A DNA stretch of 64,000 bases, taken from IMG/VR virus record IMGVR_UViG_2522572172_000008. One strand, 5' to 3'. Position numbers and translations under genes: made by a program. Source of the stretch: an uncultured virus (IMG/VR IMGVR_UViG_2522572172_000008) (taxonomy: Duplodnaviria > Heunggongvirae > Uroviricota > Caudoviricetes). Shown here one piece after another: positions 49,107 through 59,800 of this stretch (positions are counted from its first letter, which is position 1; each line of letters opens with the position of its first letter). The notes below the pieces were generated by a model. The model did not search any database. It saw only the letters and a list, made by a program, of their open reading frames with translations, and was not told where the DNA came from.

Positions 49107-49841
49107 TTAATTCTTTGATTCACTTATAGGTTTTGTTATTTTTGCTTTCTCTAACCAATTTGACAGTGTATAGACAAGCAAACAAGTCATAGAGTCAAAC
49201 GGATTGATTGTTCCTACAAAAATCGCCTTTACAATCAAGATACCTGTAGCAATTAATCCAAATACACGAAATAGAACATATAAATCCCTTGTTTCTTTCT
49301 GGGAAAACAAAAATACGCCCCCCATCATCATACCTAAAAATAATAGTGCTGATAGAAATGGCATCACTAAATGAGCAATTAATAGTAATCCTCCAAAATA
49401 AATTACCATTTTCCTCCCTCTAAAATAAAGACCATAACATTTGTTTTTAAATAAAGCAGACATGGTTGTAGTTACATTCCAAGTTAATAGATTGAGATTA
49501 CTCGTGTATGTGAGTGGATACATATTATAAAAAAACAAAGTAATAAGTATCAAATATCCGCCTGAAAACATTTCTCCAAACTTTCCATTTGCCATAGATA
49601 AGAATAATACATATACACCTGTTAAGAAAAGCAAAATAAATGGTATTTCACTCTTAGAAAAAGATAGCTTTCTCATCTTCCATCCAATTGGAGGTTTTTT
49701 TACTTTGTTTTTTTCTGCTTCTTCTTTCTCCATTTTCTCAACTTCTTTAAATTTTGTGTTATAAGGGATAGTTCCTTTCTCATCTGTCCCTATCCCCTTT
49801 TCATCTTTTAAATTTTTTTTAAAACTATCTGCTCGAATCAA
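49107..49841 (-). CDS. Multi-pass membrane protein
   Basis: AGGAGGTG RBS, 5-6 hydrophobic segments. Confidence 0.75.
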   Translation of the reverse strand: MIRADSFKKNLKDEKGIGTDEKGTIPYNTKFKEVEKMEKEEAEKNKVKKPPIGWKMRKLSFSKSEIPFILLFLTGVYVLFLSMANGKFGEMFSGGYLILITLFFYNMYPLTYTSNLNLLTWNVTTTMSALFKNKCYGLYFRGRKMVIYFGGLLLIAHLVMPFLSALLFLGMMMGGVFLFSQKETRDLYVLFRVFGLIATGILIVKAIFVGTINPFDSMTCLLVYTLSNWLEKAKITKPISESKN

Positions 49842-50057
49842 TTCCTACACCTCCTACATATTTTCTCTCCATTATATGTACATTAGAAATATTCTACTAT
49901 TAAAACCATAACTGAGTACGTCTCAGTAAAACCCCTCCGAAACATAAACCTATATAACCTCAAAAATCATTTAAACAACACAGAAATTCATACAAAAAAA
50001 TAGTAGTTTACTCAAATTTAGAGATTGTGATACCATGATTTTAAAGAAGGTGAAATC

Positions 50058-51041
50058 ATGTTACATTCATTTAATATAGAACGTTCAATTGAAGATTTTT
50101 TACTTTACTTAGAAGGATTAAGATATGCACCAAATACAATCAAAAGTTATCGTTTTGATTTGGAAGGTTTTTTCACATTTGCCATTCCACACAACAAGTC
50201 TATGGAATTTGAGTTTAAAAGATTAGAACAACTACTACTGCTGTACATTAATAGTTTGCGTGTATACAACAACAAGAGTGAATATGAAATCTCAACATTA
50301 AATCGAAAAAGGGCCTGTTTTCGTAAATACATTAAATTTCTGAATAAGTGGGAATATATTTCCTCTGACTTCTCTCATAAAATTGAATCTATGAAAAACA
50401 AAAAAAATCCCAACAAAGATATATTAAATCACGAAGAAGTTGCAAAGGTTCAATATTACTTAGATTCCATTCAGACTTCCCCTTGGCTTACACCTAAAAA
50501 GCAAGAAAAGTATATACGCAATCGTTTTATCTTTTATACACTCTTATATTCAGGTTTACGTGTGTCTGAACTTACAAATTTAAGATGGAAACATTTTAAT
50601 ATCACTGAAGGTATAATTATAGTAGATGAAGGTAAAGGGAATAAAAACAGAACTATTCCTATACATGAAGAATTAGTTCAAGAGTATGACACGTATAAAT
50701 CATCTCTTCTATCTATGTATGGCAAGGAACATCCTATATTAACAGGATACTTATTCCCAAGAAACGAAAAACATCCTGACATTTCATTAACTACAAAAAC
50801 AATTCGATTAATCATTCGAACAATTGTAAAGGAATCGTCTATCGTAGATAAACATATTTCCCCTCACAATTTACGGCACACTTTCGCATCTTATAGTGTA
50901 TTAAACAACATTTCAATCCCTGTCCTCTCTTCTATACTTGGACATTCTAAAAAATCCATTACGATGGATATATATGCTCATGTTATTGATGATAAACAAA
51001 AAGAAAACGAACTAAAAAAACTCTCCTTTCGCTCTGGTTAA
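50058..51041 (+). CDS. Tyrosine recombinase (XerC/D-like)
   Basis: SGLRVSEL, GKGNKNR, HNLRHTFA, LGH, IYAH. Confidence 0.93.
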   Translation: MLHSFNIERSIEDFLLYLEGLRYAPNTIKSYRFDLEGFFTFAIPHNKSMEFEFKRLEQLLLLYINSLRVYNNKSEYEISTLNRKRACFRKYIKFLNKWEYISSDFSHKIESMKNKKNPNKDILNHEEVAKVQYYLDSIQTSPWLTPKKQEKYIRNRFIFYTLLYSGLRVSELTNLRWKHFNITEGIIIVDEGKGNKNRTIPIHEELVQEYDTYKSSLLSMYGKEHPILTGYLFPRNEKHPDISLTTKTIRLIIRTIVKESSIVDKHISPHNLRHTFASYSVLNNISIPVLSSILGHSKKSITMDIYAHVIDDKQKENELKKLSFRSG

Positions 51042-51076
51042 TTCCAGAGTGTTTTTTTATAACAAAACTTATTTTA

Positions 51077-51105
51077 TTGACTATAGTAAATAAAAATGTT
51101 AATAT
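51077..51105 (+). promoter_or_regulatory. Motif B promoter of ftsH
   Basis: ttgactatagtaaa; TTGACT-17-TAATAT. Confidence 0.7.
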
Positions 51106-51150
51106 GTTCATATTGAAAAATACAATTGAATACGTACTCAGGAGGGTTTT

Positions 51151-52911
51151 ATGAAGAAATTTAAATTTAAGAAACCTAATAAAAAAAATCTTCGTAATTA
51201 CTTAATGTTTATTACGATTTTATTAGTAGTTCTTTCTCCATTTATTAGTGCATACTTTACGGAGAATCCTAAAGAAATTTCGTATACGACATTTACTAAC
51301 ATGCTTAAAGAGCATAAAGTAAAAGAAGTTACAATTATAAGAGGAACTGGTTCTGTCGTAGTAACAGATAAATCAAAGAAAGAATTTCAAACAGAAAATC
51401 CTCGTCATGAAACATTCAAGAAGGAATTACTTGAATCTGATGTTCGTGTCGTAGAGTATACACCTATTGATTTTGCAGGGTACCTTCGTAACCTTATTAT
51501 TATTGGATTAATAATTGCCTTCTTCATTTGGATGCAGAAGAAACAAATGAATATTGGTGCTTCCTCTAAAACATCATCTACTGTAAAAATTAATTCCGAT
51601 TTATCCTTTAAAGATGTTGCAGGAAACAAGGGTGTTATTAAGGATTTGAAACTACTTGTGGACTTTTTAAAGGACCCTAAGAGATATGATAAATTAGGAG
51701 CAACAATGCCTAAAGGTGTTCTTTTATATGGACCACCAGGAACAGGAAAAACACTAATTGCTAAAGCATTAGCAGGTGAAGCTAAAGTTCCTTTCTTCAG
51801 CATCTCAGGTTCGGATTTTATTGAGAAATTTGTAGGGGTTGGTGCTTCTCGTGTTCGTGATTTATTTGAAAACGCAAGAAAACATTCTCCATGTATCATT
51901 TTTATTGATGAGTTAGATGCAATTGGTGGAAAACGTGAAGGTGCTCACGCTGAAAATACCCAAACAATTAATGCATTACTTTCTGAAATGGATGGATATT
52001 CTTCTGCAAATGGAGTATTAGTCATCGCTACTACAAACCGTATTGAATCTTTAGATGATGCTCTTGTCCGAGCAGGACGATTCGACAAGCACGTAATGGT
52101 TCCATTACCACAGACTCCTCAAGAGCGTGAAGAAATTATTGAGATTCATGCAAAAGGAAAAACATTTGCTGATGATTTTTCAATTAGTCATTTAGCAAAA
52201 CAAACTCTTGGTTTTAGTGGTGCAGATATAAAATCCTTATTAAATGAAGCTTTACTCATCTCAATTCAAGATGGTAAAGAAGCCATAGATATGCAAAGTA
52301 TTGACAAGGCTATGTTTAAGATAATTCTGAAAGGTCATCCAAATGAGGATATGCCACGAAGCAAAGAGGAAATTCGATTAGTAGCTTATCATGAAGCTGG
52401 TCACGCCCTTGTTGCGAAGTTAATAACAGATATTTCAGTTCCTAAAGTAACGATTATTTCTTCCACTTCTGGTGCAGGAGGCGTAACATTCTACAGCCCT
52501 TCTAAATCAGGACTACATACGATTGAAGAGTTGAAGAATGAAATCAAACGAGCATACGGTGGTCGAGTAGCTGAATATTTACTGTTTAATGACAACCAAA
52601 AAGTAACAACAGGTGCTCATAATGATATCTTGCAAGCTACTAAGAAAATCAAAGAAATGATTTCTTCCTATGGTATGGATGAATCAATTGGCATGTTAAA
52701 TCTTAATGTGTTAAAGGCTAATGAAAGCTCAATCTTAGAACGTGCAACGAAGTTATCAAGCCAACTTTACGATGAGACTGTTCAACTTCTTACAGACAAT
52801 CGACTTCTATTAGATGCCATTGCAGAAGCCCTAATCGAAAAAGAAACATTATCAGAAGAAGAATTGGATGCTATTATCAGTGAACATTCTGATGTACGAA
52901 TTGCAAGTTAA
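51151..52911 (+). CDS. ftsH: ATP-dependent zinc metalloprotease FtsH
   Basis: 2 [37 protein letters not shown]. Confidence 0.93.
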   Translation: MKKFKFKKPNKKNLRNYLMFITILLVVLSPFISAYFTENPKEISYTTFTNMLKEHKVKEVTIIRGTGSVVVTDKSKKEFQTENPRHETFKKELLESDVRVVEYTPIDFAGYLRNLIIIGLIIAFFIWMQKKQMNIGASSKTSSTVKINSDLSFKDVAGNKGVIKDLKLLVDFLKDPKRYDKLGATMPKGVLLYGPPGTGKTLIAKALAGEAKVPFFSISGSDFIEKFVGVGASRVRDLFENARKHSPCIIFIDELDAIGGKREGAHAENTQTINALLSEMDGYSSANGVLVIATTNRIESLDDALVRAGRFDKHVMVPLPQTPQEREEIIEIHAKGKTFADDFSISHLAKQTLGFSGADIKSLLNEALLISIQDGKEAIDMQSIDKAMFKIILKGHPNEDMPRSKEEIRLVAYHEAGHALVAKLITDISVPKVTIISSTSGAGGVTFYSPSKSGLHTIEELKNEIKRAYGGRVAEYLLFNDNQKVTTGAHNDILQATKKIKEMISSYGMDESIGMLNLNVLKANESSILERATKLSSQLYDETVQLLTDNRLLLDAIAEALIEKETLSEEELDAIISEHSDVRIAS

Positions 52912-53009
52912 AAGAGAGAGTTTATCTCTCTTTTTTATAACTATATTAAGGGAATACATAGCAAAAAAGGAGTATGAATTATCATGCTCCTTTTACCTCT
53001 TTTACCTAT

Positions 53010-53402
53010 TTATAGATTATTATTCAATTTCTCATAGTAAAATACCCAAATTGGATATCCACTTGAGACATTACAACATTCCATAATTACAGTTAGCTTC
53101 ACTTTTTCACCAAAATATTTACTTAGGAATTTCTCAATATCTTCTGGTTCTCTTCCATTAAATCCTTGTCTATGATTTCCCCAAATATCCATACAACACT
53201 CTTCAAACTTCTTGTAATCCCACTGTAAAAGCCTATCTGAGTAAACTGTATGGCTTTTTGCTTCAACATAATCTTTTTTCCACACTACATACGGGTCATA
53301 GCTAAACGGATACTCTCTTTTCGTTTTCTTTACAGGATTACCGTTGAGGTCTACATATCCATTATTCACAAAAATTACTCCATCTTCTGTTTCATAATAC
53401 AT
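53010..53402 (-). CDS. Phage-type hypothetical protein
   Basis: YPFSYDP, VYSDRLLQWD; motif A variant at 53457. Confidence 0.75.
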   Translation of the reverse strand: MYYETEDGVIFVNNGYVDLNGNPVKKTKREYPFSYDPYVVWKKDYVEAKSHTVYSDRLLQWDYKKFEECCMDIWGNHRQGFNGREPEDIEKFLSKYFGEKVKLTVIMECCNVSSGYPIWVFYYEKLNNNL

Positions 53403-53567
53403 AATCTAATCTCTCCCTTTTCTACTATTAATTGATTCTTCTTGAATGAATTCCCTAAAATACCTCTTTTATATCAATATGTTTATTATATTCTTTTTGG
53501 ATGAAAGAAATAAAACAATGACAAAATAAAAAAGCGTTACGCATCATTGTTTGATGCTTGTAACACT

Positions 53568-54029
53568 TTATTTAAAATCCATATCCACAACCATGTTTGG
53601 ACATCTCTTTTTCAATTCTTTTACAAACTTTTCTTGTTCTTTAGGAGAAATCTTTATACTGCCAAACGGTGCTAACTTGTAAAAAATCTCAATAGCATCT
53701 GATGAACCTACGATTCTATAGCCCATAATAATATTTGTCGCTTTTGTTACTTTTTGAATATCTTCATATGCAATATAAGAACGAAAAATACCTCCTTGCA
53801 CGAGCAGATAATCTTTTTCCATCACATATTTAATATCAATAAATAGCTTTCCTAAAAAATAGGTAAATATGAATCCCATCACGAGAAACGCCAAACTACC
53901 ACCGATAAATTCTTGTTGTTGAGACATGATATCCCCTAATGGAATACCTATTGTCGATAGTCCTATAGAAACCGTTAGAAACACCATAAAGCTTGTTAAT
54001 AGGATTCCTCTCTTTGTTTTAAATAACAT
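53568..54029 (-). CDS. 2-TM bacterial PH-domain protein
   Basis: IAYEDIQKV, SSDAIEIFY, KISPKEQEKF. Confidence 0.75.
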   Translation of the reverse strand: MLFKTKRGILLTSFMVFLTVSIGLSTIGIPLGDIMSQQQEFIGGSLAFLVMGFIFTYFLGKLFIDIKYVMEKDYLLVQGGIFRSYIAYEDIQKVTKATNIIMGYRIVGSSDAIEIFYKLAPFGSIKISPKEQEKFVKELKKRCPNMVVDMDFK

Positions 54030-54126
54030 GACACACACCTCTTCCTTCTTCAATTCATATCAAAGCACATTGTCATTATAATTACATACATATAAAAACA
54101 TAACGATTTTCCTTCTCAATCTCTTC

Positions 54127-54741
54127 TTATAACAACTTTGCATGAATCACCAAATATTCTTCTGGATTACCATTTATCAAAATCGTTAGCATAGATTCAT
54201 CCATGTTTTCTTCACCCGTCATAATAACTTGTTTTTTGGGAACAATCTTCTTATTTAGAACCACGTAACGAAACTCACCATTTAGTGTCTTAATGATGAA
54301 ACTATCCTCTTTCTCTAATGAGCTTAGTTCTAAAATGGATTTTTTGAATTTCAAATGAGTAGACCCTTCTAATAAAACATTCCCCTTTTGCCCAGGTAAT
54401 GCAGTATCCTTTATATGCCCAATCTCTTGGTCCACCTTATCAAAGTTCGTACCTTCTCCAATAGAAGCTTTATAATTCAACTTAGGAACTTCTAAAATAC
54501 CTATTGAATTGTCACTTAACAGGTACTCTTCTTTTTCAAACGTATCTAATACATCCTTTACATCTTCTTTTATTTCATCTGAGACCTGATGCTTATCAAT
54601 TGCTTCTTCCAATATTTCTACCTTCTGATTGTTTTCTGTTTGATTTACCTGCCTAACACACGTACCTGCCACTACAACAATTACCACAACTAAAAGTATT
54701 ATATTGACTATTACTCTCAATATTTTTTTCATACACAACAC
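54127..54741 (-). CDS. Class D sortase-like protein lacking catalytic residues
   Basis: IGILEVPKL, IGEGT, GH..TALPGQKGN; LTILING instead of TLxTC. Confidence 0.75.
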   Translation of the reverse strand: MLCMKKILRVIVNIILLVVVIVVVAGTCVRQVNQTENNQKVEILEEAIDKHQVSDEIKEDVKDVLDTFEKEEYLLSDNSIGILEVPKLNYKASIGEGTNFDKVDQEIGHIKDTALPGQKGNVLLEGSTHLKFKKSILELSSLEKEDSFIIKTLNGEFRYVVLNKKIVPKKQVIMTGEENMDESMLTILINGNPEEYLVIHAKLL

Positions 54742-54851
54742 CTCACCTACTAAAAATGTAACTGTCTATTATAATCATCTATCCATGTGTTTTATGCCTA
54801 AATAAAAAAGCCCCTTGTAATAAGAGGCTTTTTACTATTGTATGTATGATG

Positions 54852-55907
54852 TTATGATACTTGTGGTTCTGCATCGTTCACATTACCAAGAATGTCCCAC
54901 TCCTCAATTCGAGGATAATTTTCTAAAAATTCTATCAGGGTATCGGAATCCTTAAATGCATCAGGGATTCGGAATGGAACAGTCAGATTTGTTGCCATCA
55001 ATTGAAGTTGACCCGTTTTTTCATTTTTAACAACAAAGAATCGAACGTCTTTTTGATAATCTTTAATGTTAATAACGACTACATCTCCATGATGAAATTC
55101 AATTAACTCACCTTCAGCGTGTTCTTGAATCATATTCTCCTCGATAAATGCTCCAATAAGCTCCAGTGTTGCAAAGATGCTTTCTTGACTTGCATGTGCA
55201 GTAAATTGTTGAGGCATCATTTGTAAAAACGGAAACACGTCTGCAAATGCACCTTCTGGAATTCCATTTTTAAAATCAGCTTCACCAAAAGGATGACCAA
55301 ACATTTTGAAGATATGATAAACTTCTTTCATTTCCTTAATGAATTCTTGGTATTCTTCCGCCTCTTTCAATTCTTTAGGTAATTCTTGCAAGCCTAACAA
55401 GTTTGCGAAGAATCGTTCCCCACCGAACGGACAAGAACCGCCACTCATGCAACAAACTTTCTCAGTATCCTCTTCCACACCAAATTCCTCTACAGTTTGA
55501 TGTGCAATAAATTCAAGGATTTTCTCATTTTTAACTACCGTTTGAATTGCCTTTTGATAATCATTCGGGTTTCCGTTGAACTGAATCTGAACACCTTCAC
55601 CAGTAAAGTCAATCTCAATCGTTACTTTACCTTTTTCCATTTCTGTCTCTTCATCAATAGGTGCATCAGTGAATTCTTCTGCTACTTCATACCCATTCAC
55701 TAACGCTTCCGTTAAAATTTTGTAATTATAACTTGATTCATTTAACCACGCTGTTGTATGTGGTTTTTTCTGAATTACTAAAGTGGCCATAGTGACTAAA
55801 ACGTCTGCTTCAGGAATGCCAGTCGAGTTTCCTTTCATAGAAGCTTTCACTTCTTCAATCTCCATATCCATCTCCGCTGATAAAACGATTGTATTTTTAT
55901 TTTCCAT
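54852..55907 (-). CDS. Acidic hypothetical protein
   Basis: 351 aa; GAGGTG RBS. Confidence 0.75.
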   Translation of the reverse strand: MENKNTIVLSAEMDMEIEEVKASMKGNSTGIPEADVLVTMATLVIQKKPHTTAWLNESSYNYKILTEALVNGYEVAEEFTDAPIDEETEMEKGKVTIEIDFTGEGVQIQFNGNPNDYQKAIQTVVKNEKILEFIAHQTVEEFGVEEDTEKVCCMSGGSCPFGGERFFANLLGLQELPKELKEAEEYQEFIKEMKEVYHIFKMFGHPFGEADFKNGIPEGAFADVFPFLQMMPQQFTAHASQESIFATLELIGAFIEENMIQEHAEGELIEFHHGDVVVINIKDYQKDVRFFVVKNEKTGQLQLMATNLTVPFRIPDAFKDSDTLIEFLENYPRIEEWDILGNVNDAEPQVS

Positions 55908-56058
55908 TTCTAATCACCTCATAATGTTATTTGTATTCAACGAATCATTTGAATTTGATTCAGTATTTTTTATTATATAAATGTAACGATTACTTCATTC
56001 CTTTTATAGAATCGAGCATTTTCTTTCGAATAACAAACAAATTATTTTGTTTTCGGAA

Positions 56059-56922
56059 TCAATTAAATACTGTTTTCGGAATGTACGAAATAATTTCTTC
56101 TATGACTTCATCATTTACAATTTCTCCATTTGTTTTCGAATATACATAAAAAACATCTACTTTATAATCTTGCTTGTATTTTTTATTCTTATATTCATTT
56201 ACTTCTTTTGTTTCTCGTAAATAAGGAGTATCTTGTAAATAGCTTGGTGGTTTCACTTGGATACCACATAATAATGTTTCATTTTTAAATAACTCATAAT
56301 CTACTTCGTATTTGTAATCAATACGACCCGATGTTTTTTTACAAGATACAATAACACCTTGTTTCTTTAACTCTGTTTGCAGTGCATCCATTGTATTACG
56401 TTCTCTAACGACAACGCCATTCCAACTCTCAGCAATCACTCGATAAAACACTGCATATTGGCATTCTCTCTTCGTTAACCCGTAAGGATTCCCTCTTTTA
56501 ACGATTTCGTTATAAAGAACATCTCCCTTAAAGGCTAAACTCCCTCTGGTTCTTCCATACTCATAATTCAATTGCTTTACGGCATATGGAATTTTACCGT
56601 CAGGTCGAATTAAGATAACCTTTCTTTTTAAATCCTCGCTTAAATCCATTTGTTTTAATTTTTCTAAACGTTGATTTCCAGAATGAAAATAAAATTCTTT
56701 CCATTCTTCTTTTGTTCGAAAAGTACCTTTTTCTATAAGAGATGCTACAGAGCCAATACTCCAAGAAGTATTTAATCTTAACTCATTCCAAATTGCATTT
56801 GTATAACGGAATTTATCGGGTTCCATTTCATTTTCGAATAAGTCAAGTTGCAAAGTAACACCTCGCTTTTTGGTTTTGTATAGGTGTAGGATATAGTTCA
56901 ACCAAATTGAACGCATTTCCAT
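56059..56922 (-). CDS. MjaI-like PD-(D/E)xK endonuclease
   Basis: EEWKEFYF, IDYKYEVDY, GIQVKPPSY; likely TTG start at 56853. Confidence 0.65.
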   Translation of the reverse strand: MEMRSIWLNYILHLYKTKKRGVTLQLDLFENEMEPDKFRYTNAIWNELRLNTSWSIGSVASLIEKGTFRTKEEWKEFYFHSGNQRLEKLKQMDLSEDLKRKVILIRPDGKIPYAVKQLNYEYGRTRGSLAFKGDVLYNEIVKRGNPYGLTKRECQYAVFYRVIAESWNGVVVRERNTMDALQTELKKQGVIVSCKKTSGRIDYKYEVDYELFKNETLLCGIQVKPPSYLQDTPYLRETKEVNEYKNKKYKQDYKVDVFYVYSKTNGEIVNDEVIEEIISYIPKTVFN

Positions 56923-56968
56923 TACCTGTTGTTCTCTCGTCTTGTTTTACCTCTTAAGGTATAAACTA

Positions 56969-56997
56969 ATCATACACTTTTCATTTACTATAGTCAA
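56969..56997 (-). promoter_or_regulatory. Motif B promoter
   Basis: tttactatagtcaa; TTGACT-17-TATGAT. Confidence 0.75.
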
Positions 56998-57038
56998 TAA
57001 AAAATCCTTGTTTTTATACAAGGATTTCTTTTTTTGTA

Positions 57039-57683
57039 TTAATTTGCGACAATTTCCGTTTTACATTCAAAAACAAGTGTTTTTATCGTCTCTAAAATGC
57101 TTTCAATTTGATACTTCATCGTATAGATGGCATCTGCGTATTTCGGACACATATCACTTACGTAGCTACAAAGTGGCAATGCATACTCTTCTGTTTCTTT
57201 AATATATCGTTGAATTTTCGCTTTTTCGAAGAAATACATCGTACTTACGTTGTGACATCTATCAGCAATTTTAATTAGACAAGTTTTAAAACATACTCTC
57301 ATTTGTTCATAATACACATCTGTTGTCATTTCTGGGATTTCTTCTTGCATTACTATTGTAGTTTTTGTTAATCGAATGATAATATCTACAATTTTTTTAG
57401 GTAAGTAATATACATTCAATAACATATCTACGGTAACTTCTGTATCCTCTAAAATATCGTGTAGCAAAGCTCCTGAGATGACTTCTTCATCGTGAATGCC
57501 TAAAGAGATAATTGCATTCGCTATGCGAACAGGGTGGCTAATGTAAGGCTCTCCACTTTTTCTCGTTTGTCCTTCATGCATCTTTTCCGCTAAGTTCAAT
57601 GAAATAATAGCGTAGTTAAAATTTTTCCCTTTTAAATATCCTCTTAAATAGGCTAATTCTTTGTGCATTTGATTTGTATACAT
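57039..57683 (-). CDS. Stand-alone HD-domain (p)ppGpp hydrolase-like protein
   Basis: HEGQTRKSGEPYISHP, LLHDILED, IKIADRCHN. Confidence 0.88.
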   Translation of the reverse strand: MYTNQMHKELAYLRGYLKGKNFNYAIISLNLAEKMHEGQTRKSGEPYISHPVRIANAIISLGIHDEEVISGALLHDILEDTEVTVDMLLNVYYLPKKIVDIIIRLTKTTIVMQEEIPEMTTDVYYEQMRVCFKTCLIKIADRCHNVSTMYFFEKAKIQRYIKETEEYALPLCSYVSDMCPKYADAIYTMKYQIESILETIKTLVFECKTEIVAN

Positions 57684-57714
57684 TGAAACACCACCCTTTC
57701 ATTTGTTGCTATTT

Positions 57715-57750
57715 ATCATAAAACTTTTATTGACTATTGTCAATAAAAGT
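57715..57750 (-). promoter_or_regulatory. Extended motif B palindrome and promoter
   Basis: ACTTTTATTGAC-TATT-GTCAATAAAAGT; TTGACA-17-TATGAT. Confidence 0.75.
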
Positions 57751-57826
57751 AAGGTTTATTTCAGCATATATTTATATTATAAATCATCTATAATAACTAT
57801 ATCTTTTCCCGAAAGGAGGATGCCGT

Positions 57827-58504
57827 ATGGAATTATTTCTTTTTATTGGCTCTTTTGTACTGACGTTTTTATTTGTAACCGTAACACTATACTTACTACT
57901 CAATAGATGGAATTATCATGATTCTACCTACAAAGACATAACAGGATTTCATTACAAAAATATAAATCAAGATAAAAGCATATTAGCTGAGTGGAAAATT
58001 TTTAGAAGGTTAGAAAAATCTTTTCCTGATAGTATGTTATTAGCAAATGTACATATCCCTTATCAAGATGGGCAAACAAATGACATTGACATCGTTCTTA
58101 TACATTCCAGTGGTGTATACCCAATCGAATGTCAAACCTTAAAAGGGAAAGTATACGGCTCTGACAAGAGTAAAGAATGGGTTCAATGGATTACAGCAAA
58201 AAACAAATATCAATTTCCAAACCCGCTTTCAAAAAATAAACAATGTACTCGATTCTTGTCACAATACTTATCTCTCCCTTATGAAGGATTAACCCCTCTT
58301 ATTGTTTTTGGAAAAGAAACGTTAACAGTAAAAGTTAAATTGTCATCCAGTACAAAAGCAAAGGTAATACAAGTAGATGATATAGAAAAAACAATTCGAA
58401 ATCTCATAAAAGATTCATCTCCCGTATTAACCACAAAAGACATGAAGGGTATCTATCAAAAACTATCCTTATTTACGTCTATTTCAAATACACATAAACA
58501 ATAA
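57827..58504 (+). CDS. Membrane-anchored NERD domain protein
   Basis: N-terminal TM, DIDIVLIHSSGVYPIE, GKVYG, FPNPL. Confidence 0.8.
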   Translation: MELFLFIGSFVLTFLFVTVTLYLLLNRWNYHDSTYKDITGFHYKNINQDKSILAEWKIFRRLEKSFPDSMLLANVHIPYQDGQTNDIDIVLIHSSGVYPIECQTLKGKVYGSDKSKEWVQWITAKNKYQFPNPLSKNKQCTRFLSQYLSLPYEGLTPLIVFGKETLTVKVKLSSSTKAKVIQVDDIEKTIRNLIKDSSPVLTTKDMKGIYQKLSLFTSISNTHKQ

Positions 58505-58528
58505 AAATAAGCTATCAATGTTGATAGC

Positions 58529-59260
58529 TTATTTTCTAATCTTTTCTAAGAATTTCAGTATTTCAAGGTATAACCATACAATTGAAACCAATAAAGCAAA
58601 TCCGAAGTATGACTCCATATATTTTGGAGCTTTTGCATTTACACCTTCCTCAATTAAGAAGAAATCTGCAAGAAGATTTAAAGATGCAATTCCGATAATT
58701 AGTAAGCTGATACCGATACTTAATGGACTGCTATCATGCAAGAATGGAACAGAAACACCACATAACATAAGTGCAAAATCAACTAAATAAATAATTAATA
58801 CAGATAATGTTGCAATCTTTACTACGTTTAAAAACTTCTCATTTACTTTAATAATTCGAGTTACGTATAGGAATAGCATAGCCATCACAACTGCAATAGT
58901 TGCCAGTACAGCTTGTAAAACAATACCTGGGTATTTATGCTCTATCATCGTAGAGATAAAACCGATTAAAACTCCTTCTAAGGTCGCATAAATAGGAGCT
59001 GTTAACCATGCTATTTTAGGTACTGATGCTGTTATCAACGAAATAACAAAACTGGCAATTAAAATACCAATAATTAGCCCTACAGATGTTTTCATCCCCA
59101 TGGTACCTTTCTGTATTTGCATAAACGAGTATAAACTCGCTCCTAATAACAGAATTAAATAGATAAATGTTTTTGCTACTGTTCCTCCTACTGTCATATG
59201 TTCTTCATTGATTGATGATTGCTGAAATTTTTCTTTATCTTTCAACATTGGATTTTTCAA
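58529..59260 (-). CDS. Bax inhibitor-1/YccA-like membrane protein
   Basis: MTVGGTV.KT, YPGIVLQAV, DF..IEEGV..KAPK, WLYLEIL. Confidence 0.85.
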   Translation of the reverse strand: MKNPMLKDKEKFQQSSINEEHMTVGGTVAKTFIYLILLLGASLYSFMQIQKGTMGMKTSVGLIIGILIASFVISLITASVPKIAWLTAPIYATLEGVLIGFISTMIEHKYPGIVLQAVLATIAVVMAMLFLYVTRIIKVNEKFLNVVKIATLSVLIIYLVDFALMLCGVSVPFLHDSSPLSIGISLLIIGIASLNLLADFFLIEEGVNAKAPKYMESYFGFALLVSIVWLYLEILKFLEKIRK

Positions 59261-59382
59261 TGGAATAACCCCCTTTATTTGATATACCTTATATTAGATT
59301 TTAGTAGCAGATTTTATAAATCAATTTGGTCGAATATAAGCAAAAAGGACGAAATGATATCATTCGCCCATTATCTACCTGC

Positions 59383-59739
59383 TTATTCATTTGATGAGAG
59401 TTTGTATTTCTCAAAAGTTTCTTCAAAGACTGCCAATTTAATTGTTGTAGTAATTGGAAGTTTCGAGTAAACCCATTCTGAGTATTCTCGTATGTATCCA
59501 TATGCGATTTCACATAGTTTGTAATGCCCATCAAAATAAGTAGTTGATATTTTTATACGCTCCATTATGATAGCTAAACAAATCGGATGAGAAAAATGTT
59601 CTTTGTTTTCCATAACATACGCATCAAACTCTGAATCTTCTATTTCGCCAATCGTAACTAAGTTATGTAAGTCAGCTAATTTTCTAATAAATTCTTTATC
59701 TTGTTCTTCAACTTTCTTTGATTTGTTCATTGGAAGCAT
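59383..59739 (-). CDS. Hypothetical protein
   Basis: 118 aa ORF. Confidence 0.65.
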   Translation of the reverse strand: MLPMNKSKKVEEQDKEFIRKLADLHNLVTIGEIEDSEFDAYVMENKEHFSHPICLAIIMERIKISTTYFDGHYKLCEIAYGYIREYSEWVYSKLPITTTIKLAVFEETFEKYKLSSNE

Positions 59740-59800
59740 CCCTTTCTTTTATCAAACAGAAACTCCCAAGAAACGTTTCTTGAGAGCTTATGTATCTGTA

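Noticed and set aside
51405..51899. 164-aa minus-strand ORF
   Set aside because: Antisense shadow of ftsH.
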